Shown: positions 6,751 to 14,412 of the stretch, piece after piece
Numbering within the stretch: position 1 is the stretch's first letter
Layout: each line of letters starts with the position of its first letter
Source of the DNA: Candidatus Saccharimonadota bacterium
GTDB taxonomy: Archaea; Nanohalarchaeota; Nanosalinia; Nanosalinales; Nanosalinaceae
Direction of reading: 5' to 3'
DNA: 32,000 nucleotides
Assembly (NCBI RefSeq): GCF_029232205.1
Contig: NZ_CP107255.1
Coordinates: 240,001 to 272,000 of the forward strand
Translations under genes and position numbers: made by a program
Notes under the pieces: generated by a model
Seen by the model: the letters and a program-made list of their open reading frames with translations, nothing else
What the model was told of the DNA's origin: nothing
The model's database searches: none

Positions 6751-7833
6751 CTACTCTTTCTTATCCAGTTTCTTCTGGACTTCTGCTCTGATTGATTCTT
6801 TCAGTTTTGGTACTGTGATATCTTCCATTACTGGCTCGAAATAGCCTTTTACGATCAGTCTGCGGGCCTGATCTTCTGAGAGACCTCGGGAGTTCAGGTA
6901 GTGCAGTTCTTTTTCAGGTAGGTTTCCTGCTGATGCTGCGTGTGAGGCCTCTACGTTTGGGTCTTCGATCATGAGTTTTGGTGATGCGTCTACTTCTGCC
7001 TTGTCGCTGAGCATTAGAACTGATTCATCTTGGAAGCTCTGTGTGTCGTCGGCTCTGTCTCCTACGTGTTGGAGGCCTTCGTAGACTGAGCGTGCTTTGT
7101 CGTCTACTACTGCTCGTGAGTCCATCTGGCACCGCGTGTTTTCTCCGTAGTGATATGCATGCAGAGAAATGTCGTTGTGCTGTTCTCCTGTCGGGTACCA
7201 GACTGCGAGCTTTTCTGTCTCTGAGTTATCGCCGTTGAGAACGGTCTCGATCTTGGTTCTCTTCAGTTCGCCCGTGAACTGTGAGTTCAGCCAGTTGACT
7301 GTTCCGTAGTCCTCTACAACTGCCTTTCTTCTTGAGTACGTCAGGTCTGATTCTGAGGCCTCTACGGCTCCGTAGTTTACTGTTGCGTTTTCTCCTACGT
7401 AGATTTCGTTGATTGATGTTAGAAGGCCTTCGTTTCTGAATTCTTCTGTTAGTGTGAGCTCTGAATTTTCCCTGGCGTCGACTACGACGTGTGCAAATGT
7501 ATCTGCCTGATCTCTGTATGTTATTTTTACTGAGGCCTTTTCCTCTACTTTGATGTAGATTACAGAGTTGAGGTTGGCTGCGTGTGTTGCTGTCAGTTTG
7601 TCTTCTTCTGCTTTGACTGCGTTAAATATTTTTTCTTCTGAGGCCTCTACTGCTTCTTCTCCCTGAAGTACTTCTACTTCGCCTTCAGTTTCTATCTCTG
7701 GCTGTACTTCGCCTTTTTCTGGGGTTATTTCCGGGTATCTTGTCCATGTTCGGCCTGGTGTTCTGATGGATTCTGGGTTTTCCAGCTCTTCTATCTTCTT
7801 CTCTGCTTCTTTTTTGATTTCTTCTAGTTTCAT
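6751..7833 (-). CDS. sufD: Fe-S cluster assembly protein SufD
   Basis: C-terminal SufBD beta-helix signature ...SRAVVDDKARSVYEGLQHVGDRADDTQSFQDESVLMLSDKAEVDASPKLMIEDPNVEASHAASAGNLPEKELHYLNSRGLSEDQARRLIVKGYF. I prefer ATG 7833, which is preceded by GGTGAT-CAAA. The ORF-track start is GTG 7842, directly after the sufB stop. Confidence 0.85.
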   Translation of the reverse strand: MKLEEIKKEAEKKIEELENPESIRTPGRTWTRYPEITPEKGEVQPEIETEGEVEVLQGEEAVEASEEKIFNAVKAEEDKLTATHAANLNSVIYIKVEEKASVKITYRDQADTFAHVVVDARENSELTLTEEFRNEGLLTSINEIYVGENATVNYGAVEASESDLTYSRRKAVVEDYGTVNWLNSQFTGELKRTKIETVLNGDNSETEKLAVWYPTGEQHNDISLHAYHYGENTRCQMDSRAVVDDKARSVYEGLQHVGDRADDTQSFQDESVLMLSDKAEVDASPKLMIEDPNVEASHAASAGNLPEKELHYLNSRGLSEDQARRLIVKGYFEPVMEDITVPKLKESIRAEVQKKLDKKE

Positions 7834-7842
7834 TTTGATCAC

Positions 7843-9243
7843 CTAGCCCAGGCTTCCCTCCATTTCGAGTTGGATTAGTCTGTTGAGTTCTACTGCGTAT
7901 TCTAGTGGTAGTTCTTTGGCGATTGGTTCGATGAAGCCTCTTACGATCATTTCTTTGGCGTCTTCCTCTTCTATTCCTCGGCTCATCATGTAGTGAATTT
8001 CTTCGTCGCCGATTTTTCCTACTGTTGCTTCGTGGGCTACTTCTACGTCGTCTTCTTTGAGTTCGATGTATGGTTCTGTGTCTGAGGTTGCTTCGTCGTC
8101 GAACATTAGTGCGTCGCATTCGATGCTTGTTTTTGAGCCTGATGCACCTTCTGATACTCTGACCAGACCTCTGTAGTTGGTTCTGCCGTTGTCTTGGCTG
8201 ATGGATTTTGATTCGATTGTTGATTTGGTGTTTGGTGCGTTGTGGATGACTTTGGCTCCTGTGTCGATGTTCTGGTCTTCTCCTGCGTATGCGATGGAGA
8301 TGTGGTTGGCTCTGGCGCCTTCGCCGTTGAGGTGTGATGATGGGTATAGCATTGTGACTTTGGATCCCATTGATCCGGATACCCATTCCATTGTGCCGTT
8401 TTCCTGTACTTTGGCTCTTTTCGTGTTGAGGTTGTATGTGTTTTTACTCCAGTTTTGTACTGTTGAGTACTGGACGTGTGCGTCTTCTCCTACGAATACT
8501 TCTACGCATCCGCTGTGCAGGTTGTTTCTTGTGAACTGTGGTGCGCTGCAGCCTTCTATGTAGTGTACTGTGGAGTTTTTCTCTGCTATGATTAGTGTGT
8601 GTTCGAACTGTCCCATTCCTTTGCTGTTCATTCTGAAGTAGGCCTGTACTGGTATTTCCACTTCTACTCCTTCTGGTACGTATACGAATGATCCTCCTGA
8701 CCATAGTGCGCCGTGGAGGGCCGCGAATTTGTTGTCCTGTGGTGGGACGCATTTGTTCATGAAGTAGTCTTTGACTAGTTCTTCGTGTTCCTGTACTGCT
8801 TTGTCCATGTCGCAGAAGATTACTCCTTTTTCTTCCCACTGTTCTTTCATGTTCTGGTAGACGACTTCTGATTCATATTGTGCGCCTACTCCTGCAAGTG
8901 CTTCTTTTTCTGCTTCTGGAATTCCTAGCTGGTCGAATGTGTCTTTGATTTCTTCCGGCACTTCCTCCCATGAGTCGGATTGTTCTGCGTCTGCTACCAT
9001 GAACGGTGTTATTTCATCGAAATCCAGGTCTGACAGGTCAGGACCCCATTCTGGCATAGGCCTTTTTTCGAAGTGTCTGTAGGCCTGTAATCGCTTTTTG
9101 AGCATCCATTCTGGTTCGTCTTTTTCGGCAGAAATTTTGCGTATCAGGTCTTCTGATAGGCCTTTTTCGGCCTCGTATTTGATGTCTGCTTCTGTGATGT
9201 GGTTGAATTTCTCCTGGTTTTTCTGGATTTCCTCGTTGCTCAT
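7843..9243 (-). CDS. sufB: Fe-S cluster assembly protein SufB
   Basis: 466 aa with highly characteristic SufB sequence: GCSAPQFTRNNLHSGCVEVFVGEDAHVQYSTVQNWSKNTYNLNTKRA...AKVIHNAPNTKSTIESKSISQDNGRTNYRGLVRV...EAHEATVGKIGDEEIHYMMSRGI. Confidence 0.95.
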   Translation of the reverse strand: MSNEEIQKNQEKFNHITEADIKYEAEKGLSEDLIRKISAEKDEPEWMLKKRLQAYRHFEKRPMPEWGPDLSDLDFDEITPFMVADAEQSDSWEEVPEEIKDTFDQLGIPEAEKEALAGVGAQYESEVVYQNMKEQWEEKGVIFCDMDKAVQEHEELVKDYFMNKCVPPQDNKFAALHGALWSGGSFVYVPEGVEVEIPVQAYFRMNSKGMGQFEHTLIIAEKNSTVHYIEGCSAPQFTRNNLHSGCVEVFVGEDAHVQYSTVQNWSKNTYNLNTKRAKVQENGTMEWVSGSMGSKVTMLYPSSHLNGEGARANHISIAYAGEDQNIDTGAKVIHNAPNTKSTIESKSISQDNGRTNYRGLVRVSEGASGSKTSIECDALMFDDEATSDTEPYIELKEDDVEVAHEATVGKIGDEEIHYMMSRGIEEEDAKEMIVRGFIEPIAKELPLEYAVELNRLIQLEMEGSLG

Positions 9244-9266
9244 AATTGAATTAGGTGGGCCTAAAT

Positions 9267-9274
9267 CTTTAAAT
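9267..9274 (-). promoter_or_regulatory. A/T box (ATTTAAAG on minus strand), candidate sufBD TATA box
   Basis: Lies 24-31 nt upstream of the sufB ATG (9243). Confidence 0.3.
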
Positions 9275-9348
9275 CCGGTGAAGTTTTTCCTTTCCGTTTT
9301 TCTATACGGGTTTTAAGTTCAGGCTTTGCGAGTTTATTTACTGCAGTT

Positions 9349-9699
9349 ATGTCGGTTGAAGGATCTACTTACGGTGAGATGCTTGAGAATTCTCGTATAG
9401 GAGATGATGCTGTTTTCTGGATTGAAGAGGTTCTCGATGAGGCCAGTGATATTTATGGCGATAGGAACGGTGTTGATGCAGGTATTGCTGATGCCAGATC
9501 TACTTCTGAGTTTTATGATGCTTATGTGCTTGAGAACAGGGCTGTTGGCCAAAAGATTTTTGGTTTTGAGGTTAGGCCCTTGCGTTCAGGTGACTTTGGT
9601 ACCGGTTTCAGTATGAGGCCTGAAGGAGAATCTGATGAGTATGATGATTTCCGTGATGCTGTCTATGAGGCTTTTGAGAGTGATGTTGGTTCTTTTTAG
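9349..9699 (+). CDS. Hypothetical small acidic protein
   Basis: 116-aa ORF with GNN-rich periodic codons and acidic composition. It fills an otherwise empty 350-nt gap. I recognised no family. Its stop overlaps the ribL stop. Confidence 0.45.
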   Translation: MSVEGSTYGEMLENSRIGDDAVFWIEEVLDEASDIYGDRNGVDAGIADARSTSEFYDAYVLENRAVGQKIFGFEVRPLRSGDFGTGFSMRPEGESDEYDDFRDAVYEAFESDVGSF

Positions 9700-10088
9700 T
9701 TTCTGATGTTGCTTGAGGAGTAATTTTCCAGGCCTGATATTCTTTTGACTTGTACTTTGTGGCCTGTTGCTTTTTCTGCCATTTTCTGTACTTCTTTTTC
9801 GTCGTGTTTCTGGTCGTAGCCTAGTGTTATGATGTCTGGGTCTGTTTCTTTTACTGTTGTATATATGTCTCCTTCTGATCCGAGAACGGCCTGGTCTACT
9901 GGTTTGAGGGCCTGTACCATTTCTCTTCTTTCTTCTTCGTTGAAGTGGAGGCCTTTCTTTTCTTTGACTCTTGAGTCGCGGGAGATTATTACTACTAGTT
10001 TGTCTCCTAGTTGTGCTGATTTCTGCAGGTAGTGTAGGTGGCCTGGATGTAGTATGTCGAATGTTCCCTGGGCCATTACTGTTGTCAT
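9696..10088 (-). CDS. ribL: Archaeal FAD synthase RibL (cytidylyltransferase-like nucleotidyltransferase)
   Basis: 130 aa: AQGTFDILHPGHLHYL...LVVIISRDSRVKEKKG...EEERREMVQALKPVDQAVLGS...PDIITLGYDQ. This matches my recollection of the archaeal RibL pattern. Glycerol-3-phosphate cytidylyltransferase is the alternative. Confidence 0.7.
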   Translation of the reverse strand: MTTVMAQGTFDILHPGHLHYLQKSAQLGDKLVVIISRDSRVKEKKGLHFNEEERREMVQALKPVDQAVLGSEGDIYTTVKETDPDIITLGYDQKHDEKEVQKMAEKATGHKVQVKRISGLENYSSSNIRN

Positions 10089-10109
10089 GTTTGTTTTTTG
10101 TCAGGTTAG

Positions 10110-10117
10110 ATTTATTA
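10110..10117 (-). promoter_or_regulatory. A/T box (TAATAAAT on minus strand), candidate ribL TATA box
   Basis: Lies 22-29 nt upstream of the ribL ATG (10088). Confidence 0.3.
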
Positions 10118-10168
10118 CGTCTTGAGGCCTTGGAAGGTGTTTAATCTTTTTGCTGTTATTTTGTGTTT

Positions 10169-10555
10169 ATGGTTCAGGTTGCTGATAGAGTTTATTCTGT
10201 TGAGGAGTTGTGGAGAGATGATATTGATGAGATGGCTGTTGCAGTGAATGAGTATGTGTTGGATTCTCTTGATGTAAGGCCTGAGTACAGTGTTCTGGAC
10301 TCTGATAGGTCTGAGGTTGAGTCTGGTTATGTTTACGATCTGGATGGTCTTTCCTTTGATTTTAGTCTTGCTGGACCTGTCAACGGCGATCGTGATATTC
10401 TTTCAGGTTCTTCTCGTAGAGCTGTTTTTCAGGTTGATGGTGAGGGATGGCCTGAGGTTTTGCAGAGTCTTGATGAAGGTGTAGGTGCTGAGTTAAGTGA
10501 GAAAGATGTTGGCGGCCTGACTGTTTATGAGTTGGTGTTGCCGGCGCCGTTCTAG
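10169..10555 (+). CDS. Hypothetical small acidic protein
   Basis: ORF-track entry 10163-10555 (GTG). I prefer ATG 10169 because TTTAATC (10140-10146) lies 23-29 nt upstream. The protein is acidic and I recognised no family. Its stop shares CTAG with the XPD stop. Confidence 0.45.
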   Translation: MVQVADRVYSVEELWRDDIDEMAVAVNEYVLDSLDVRPEYSVLDSDRSEVESGYVYDLDGLSFDFSLAGPVNGDRDILSGSSRRAVFQVDGEGWPEVLQSLDEGVGAELSEKDVGGLTVYELVLPAPF

Positions 10556-12393
10556 TTTCTGTGTTTTTCGAAGAATTCGTCTATTTCTTTCCACGGTGCT
10601 CTGGTGGATACGAGTTTTTTGTCGTCTGGGAAGACTTTTCTGTAGTTGCTCCATTCGTATCTTTCGTCCATGTAGACTATTACTCCTTTGTCTGTTTCTG
10701 ATCTTATGCATCTGCCTGCGGCCTGTATTGCGCGGTTCATTGCTGGGTAGCTGTATCCGTAGTCCCATCCTTTTCCGAATTTTTCGTCGTAGAAGTCTAT
10801 GAGTTCTTTTGTTTCGAGGTCTGGTCTTTGTAGTGGGAGGCCTACGATGAATACTGCTTTGAGTACTTCTCCTGGGAAGTCTACTCCTTCTCCGTAGCTT
10901 CCTGCTGCTACTCCTAGTAGTACTGAGTCTCCCTGTTCTTTTCTGTCTGCGAACTTGTCGAGGAGGTTTTGTTTCTGGTCTTTTGATGCGTTTCTTTCTT
11001 CTATGAATATTTGTCGGTCGCTGTGTTCTTCTATTAGTGGTTTGACCTGGTTCATCATTGAGTAGCTTGGGAAGAAGACTCCGCAGTTGCCGTCTACTGC
11101 GTCGAATGATTTGGATAGGTACCAGGCGTATTTTTGCCACATTGAGTCGTCTCTTTCCTCGTATTTGGTTGTAAGTGTTGGTATTACGAGGTCGAGTTCG
11201 TTTTCTTCTGGGAATGGTGATTTGAATGCTCTTGTTTCTGTTTTGTCTTCTTCGAGGCCTAGGAGGTTTACGTACATTTCCTGTGGTGTGAGGGTTGCGG
11301 ACATGAGGATGCTGCTGTGGGCCTTGTTTAGTGGTTTTTTGCTGGAGATCTGTGGGTCGAGGCAGGAGTATTTTATTTTGAGTGTTTGGCTGCCTTGGTT
11401 GTATTCTCTTTTGATTACGCGTACGAATCCGTTGTCTTCTCCTTCTTCCCATGCTCTGAGGAATTCTGCTATCTGTGCGCAGTAGCTTCTCTCCTGTTCT
11501 TCCTCGACCTCTTCTGCCACATTTTCCATGTCTTTGACCATGTCCTCGTAGTCTCTGAAGTTGTCGATGCTGTCTACCAGGTCGTCTTTTTTGATTGTGG
11601 CGTCTTGTTCTGTCTGTGATAGTTTTTCGTTGGCCAGTCTTGTTACTACTCTTTTCAGTTGGTCGAGATTTTCCTGTTCTGAGTAATATCCGAATGTTTC
11701 GGCCTCCGTTATCGATCTCTTGATGTTTGGTAGAGAGAGCGAGTATGTGAACAGTGATCTGTTTCTTGAGGGCATGTTATGGGCCTCGTCCACGATAAGG
11801 ATGCAGTCCTCCAGGTTGATGTCTGCGTTTTCAAGTACTGCTTCTCTGACTCCTGGGTGGAATATGTGGAAGTAGTCTGCTATTATCAGGTCTGCGTCTG
11901 CTGCTAGCTGCATAGAAAGTGAGTAGGCGCATACTTTGTCGCAGGCCTTTTTCATTTCTCCTGCGGATAGGTTCTGGTGTTTTACTTCTTTTAGTTTTCT
12001 CTGGGCCTGTGTTGTTAGTTCGTGGTTGTCTTTGAAGGTGTTGTCGTGTCTTGGGCAGTCTGGGCCTTCTCCTCCTCTTGTTGATATATCTGCTTCGCAT
12101 AGGTGGTCTTTTCCGATGAGGTCTACTGAGATTATGTTTTCTCCGTGTCTTTCGTTTATTTTTCTTACTGTTTCGAGCGCGATCTGGTGTTGGCTGTGTC
12201 TTGGGGTGAGGAAGAATACTGTTTTGTCTTGTTCGCGTGCTTTTTCGATTGCTGGTGTTACTGTGCCTGCGGTTTTTCCTAGGCCTGTTGGTGCGTGTGC
12301 TACCAGGTTGCCCTCGTTGTTTAGGGCGTTTTCTGTTGATTCTATTAGTTCGTCCTGGCGTTCCCTTACTTGCTCGAATGGGAAAAGGTCCAT
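10552..12393 (-). CDS. xpd: XPD/Rad3-family (DinG-like) superfamily-2 DNA helicase with 4-Cys Fe-S domain
   Basis: - Motif I: AHAPTGLGKT.
- Four Cys between motifs Ia and II: HLCEAD, PDCPRH, KKACDKVCAYS.
- DEAH box: LIVDEAHNMP.
- C-terminal motifs: GSYGEGVDFPGEVLKAVFIVGLPLQRP and IQAAGRCIRSETDKGVIVYMDERY. Confidence 0.9.
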   Translation of the reverse strand: MDLFPFEQVRERQDELIESTENALNNEGNLVAHAPTGLGKTAGTVTPAIEKAREQDKTVFFLTPRHSQHQIALETVRKINERHGENIISVDLIGKDHLCEADISTRGGEGPDCPRHDNTFKDNHELTTQAQRKLKEVKHQNLSAGEMKKACDKVCAYSLSMQLAADADLIIADYFHIFHPGVREAVLENADINLEDCILIVDEAHNMPSRNRSLFTYSLSLPNIKRSITEAETFGYYSEQENLDQLKRVVTRLANEKLSQTEQDATIKKDDLVDSIDNFRDYEDMVKDMENVAEEVEEEQERSYCAQIAEFLRAWEEGEDNGFVRVIKREYNQGSQTLKIKYSCLDPQISSKKPLNKAHSSILMSATLTPQEMYVNLLGLEEDKTETRAFKSPFPEENELDLVIPTLTTKYEERDDSMWQKYAWYLSKSFDAVDGNCGVFFPSYSMMNQVKPLIEEHSDRQIFIEERNASKDQKQNLLDKFADRKEQGDSVLLGVAAGSYGEGVDFPGEVLKAVFIVGLPLQRPDLETKELIDFYDEKFGKGWDYGYSYPAMNRAIQAAGRCIRSETDKGVIVYMDERYEWSNYRKVFPDDKKLVSTRAPWKEIDEFFEKHRN

Positions 12394-12415
12394 GTTAGTG
12401 GATGGAACTGGAAGT

Positions 12416-12424
12416 CATAAAAAC
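12416..12424 (-). promoter_or_regulatory. GTTTTTATG (minus strand): candidate XPD TATA box, possibly also an oligo-T terminator for the upstream cluster
   Basis: Lies 23-31 nt upstream of the XPD ATG (12393). The T5 run in the minus sense lies 54-62 nt downstream of the zinc-ribbon gene stop. Confidence 0.3.
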
Positions 12425-12450
12425 CCATTTATTGGCCTTGAGAATTCTTT

Positions 12451-12466
12451 TACACAGGTTCCTGTG
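12451..12466. terminator. Perfect inverted repeat ACACAGG-TT-CCTGTGT between the zinc-ribbon gene and XPD
   Basis: Read directly. It lies 12 nt beyond the stop at 12478. In the minus sense no U-run follows immediately, so a terminator role is uncertain. It could instead be a protein-binding site. Confidence 0.25.
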
Positions 12467-12477
12467 TTTTTAACTTT

Positions 12478-12825
12478 TTATTGGAAGAGGAGGAATGCGA
12501 GTCCTGCGACGAGGGCCATGAGGATTATTCCTGTGTAGATCATGGAGATGAGTAGTCTGTTTTGTTCTTTCCAGAGTACCATTTGGTGTCTGGTTTCGGC
12601 CAGTTTTTTCGGTATTTCTTCTTTTTTCTGTTCTACTTTTTCTTTGGCCTTGTCTACCTTGGTTGGTGGTGTTGGTATTTCTCTTATTTCATCTTGGTAG
12701 CACTGGGGGCAGTGATCTGGTAGAACTTCGTGTTCGTCGTATTTTTCTGAGTACCACTGGTTTCCGCATCGCATACATTCTACGTTGCGGTAGTCGTATT
12801 TGTTGTCCCAGTCTTTCAGATTCAT
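12478..12825 (-). CDS. Tail-anchored zinc-ribbon membrane protein
   Basis: 115 aa. Two CxxC pairs (C17/C20 in ECMRCG, C39/C42 in HCPQCY), a Lys/Glu-rich linker, and a single C-terminal TM helix (LLISMIYTGIILMALVAGLAFLLF). The start overlaps the upstream stop (ATGA). Confidence 0.65.
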   Translation of the reverse strand: MNLKDWDNKYDYRNVECMRCGNQWYSEKYDEHEVLPDHCPQCYQDEIREIPTPPTKVDKAKEKVEQKKEEIPKKLAETRHQMVLWKEQNRLLISMIYTGIILMALVAGLAFLLFQ

Positions 12826-14378
12826 TGTTTCTTCTGTGCCATCTGAAGTACCAGTTCAGAAAGTTCTTCAACCTGGTTCTCCAGTTCATCGTTTCTTTGC
12901 TGTTGTTCCTCTAGTTCGTCTAGTCGTTCCTTGATCTTGCTGTTTCTTGCTCTCTGGTAGCTTTCGATTATGTCTCTGATGTTGTCGGTATCTTTTACGG
13001 AGTCCTCAAGCTGTTCGACTTTTTCCTGTAACTGGTCGATCTCTTCGGACAGGTTTTCATCGTCTTCGTCTCCTGTTTTCTCTTTGAGGTTATCTACATC
13101 TTCTTTCAGCTGTTCAATGCTTTTTTCGTGGCCCTCAATGTCGCCGATTTCTTCCTTTATTTTCTCCTCGAATCTGGCGTCGGTCATCACGCCTTCGAGT
13201 TCTTTTTCATCGTCTTCGGCAATCTCCTTTAGCTTATCGTTCAGGCTGTCTTCGTCCAGTTTGTCATCGATGTTAAGCTTGATCTTGTCAATGTCTTTGA
13301 CCTGATCCTGCAGCATTTCTTCGTGTGCTTCCGTCTTGCTTTTTACGGAGTCAAGTTCTGGTAGGCGGCCTTCGATCTCGCCGAACATCGATTCGACTTT
13401 GGATTCTTTTTCGTTGATGTCTCGCTTCAGTTGTTCGATTTTGTCCATTTTTTTCTGAAGCTTTTCCTGCATTTCTGCCAGGTTGTCGAAGTCGTCTACT
13501 TTGTCGACGTTTTCTTTGATGTCGTCTACTTTGTTCGATAAGTTATCTAGAAGCTCTTTGTTCTGTTCTGACTGGGCCTGTACTCCTTCAACTTTTCCGT
13601 TGATCTTCTCGAATCGTTTATTGATTTTTTCAGGCTCCATCTCGTCGTAGATGTCTTCTATCTTCTTGTAGCCTTGCTTTATGTCGTCTACTTCTTTTTC
13701 CTGTTCGAGAACCATGGATCGGACTTCGCCGATCTTTTCAGAAATATTTCCTATACGTTCATTGATCTGGTCCTGAAAGCTGTCTACTCCTTCAAAACGT
13801 CCTTCCAGCTTCTCTGTTTTCTGCATCAGGTCCTGGAGCTCGATGCTGTCGTCTTCTTGCTCGTCATCTTCGTATTGATCTGGGTCGTAGTCGATGTCCT
13901 GGTCTTCTCTGGCAATAGATCCTACTGTTTCTGGTTCATCGTCTTCTTCCTCTTCGTCGCCATCTTCTCCCTCGCTTTCATCTTCTGACTCCTCGGCCTC
14001 GTCCTCAGAGTCGCCATCTTCTTCTGTATCATTTTCGGTTTCTTCCGCTTCGTCCTTGTTTTCATCAGCGGAGTTCTTTTCTTCGCTTTCTTCATTCTCT
14101 GCCTGTTCTTCGTTGTTTCCTTCTTCAGAGTCTTCTTTCTCGGCCTCTGCGGATTGATCTTCGTCACTCTCTTCCTCCATTTCTTCTTGGAGGGCCTCTT
14201 CGTTTTCTTCTGGTTGTTCGTCTAGTTCTTCTTGAGAATCTTCTACTTCTTCGGGGCTGTTCTCTTCTTCCGAACTCTCTTCGCTGTCTTTGTGTTCTTC
14301 TTTGGTCTCTTCTACCTGTTTGTCGACCTCTTCTTCTACGTCTTTCTTTCTACCAGGGATTTTGTCGAGAACGCCCAT
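12822..14378 (-). CDS. Highly acidic coiled-coil protein (about 175 aa Asp/Glu-rich disordered head plus about 340 aa heptad-rich rod)
   Basis: 518 aa. The N-terminus is almost pure E/D/S/N/K low complexity. The remainder is long helical heptad-like sequence (…IEQLKRDINEKESKVESMFGEIEGRL…EQLQEKVEQLEDSVKD…). There is no TM helix and I recognised no enzymatic motif. GTGAT lies 5 nt before the ATG. Confidence 0.6.
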   Translation of the reverse strand: MGVLDKIPGRKKDVEEEVDKQVEETKEEHKDSEESSEEENSPEEVEDSQEELDEQPEENEEALQEEMEEESDEDQSAEAEKEDSEEGNNEEQAENEESEEKNSADENKDEAEETENDTEEDGDSEDEAEESEDESEGEDGDEEEEDDEPETVGSIAREDQDIDYDPDQYEDDEQEDDSIELQDLMQKTEKLEGRFEGVDSFQDQINERIGNISEKIGEVRSMVLEQEKEVDDIKQGYKKIEDIYDEMEPEKINKRFEKINGKVEGVQAQSEQNKELLDNLSNKVDDIKENVDKVDDFDNLAEMQEKLQKKMDKIEQLKRDINEKESKVESMFGEIEGRLPELDSVKSKTEAHEEMLQDQVKDIDKIKLNIDDKLDEDSLNDKLKEIAEDDEKELEGVMTDARFEEKIKEEIGDIEGHEKSIEQLKEDVDNLKEKTGDEDDENLSEEIDQLQEKVEQLEDSVKDTDNIRDIIESYQRARNSKIKERLDELEEQQQRNDELENQVEELSELVLQMAQKKQ

Positions 14379-14412
14379 GTTTTATCACAATTATGTTTCC
14401 GTTTGCTGGTAT

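Noticed and set aside
7685-8386. 233-aa Arg/Asn/Gln-rich ORF on the minus strand. Similar ORFs occur at 8444-8839, 10493-11452, 11831-12100, 13922-14167, 14558-15004, 18610-18948, 19978-20181, 20389-20664, 21232-21783, 22525-22791, 24430-24618, 26422-26637 and 29137-29346.
   Set aside because: All lie in a shifted frame of well-supported genes on the same strand (sufB/sufD, XPD, the coiled-coil gene, the ATPases, the giant gene). GAA/GAC/AAC-rich codons read out of frame give AGA/AAG/CGA-type Arg/Lys/Asn/Gln strings. The composition is low-complexity and shows no motifs.
12970-14157. Ser/Phe/Leu-rich plus-strand ORFs (12970-13305, 13674-13988, 13894-14157) antisense to the acidic coiled-coil gene.
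   Set aside because: They are the antisense image of GAA/GAG/GAC-rich coding sequence (TTC/CTC/GTC/TCT). They are open only because the plus strand is poor in A, and they do not look like proteins.
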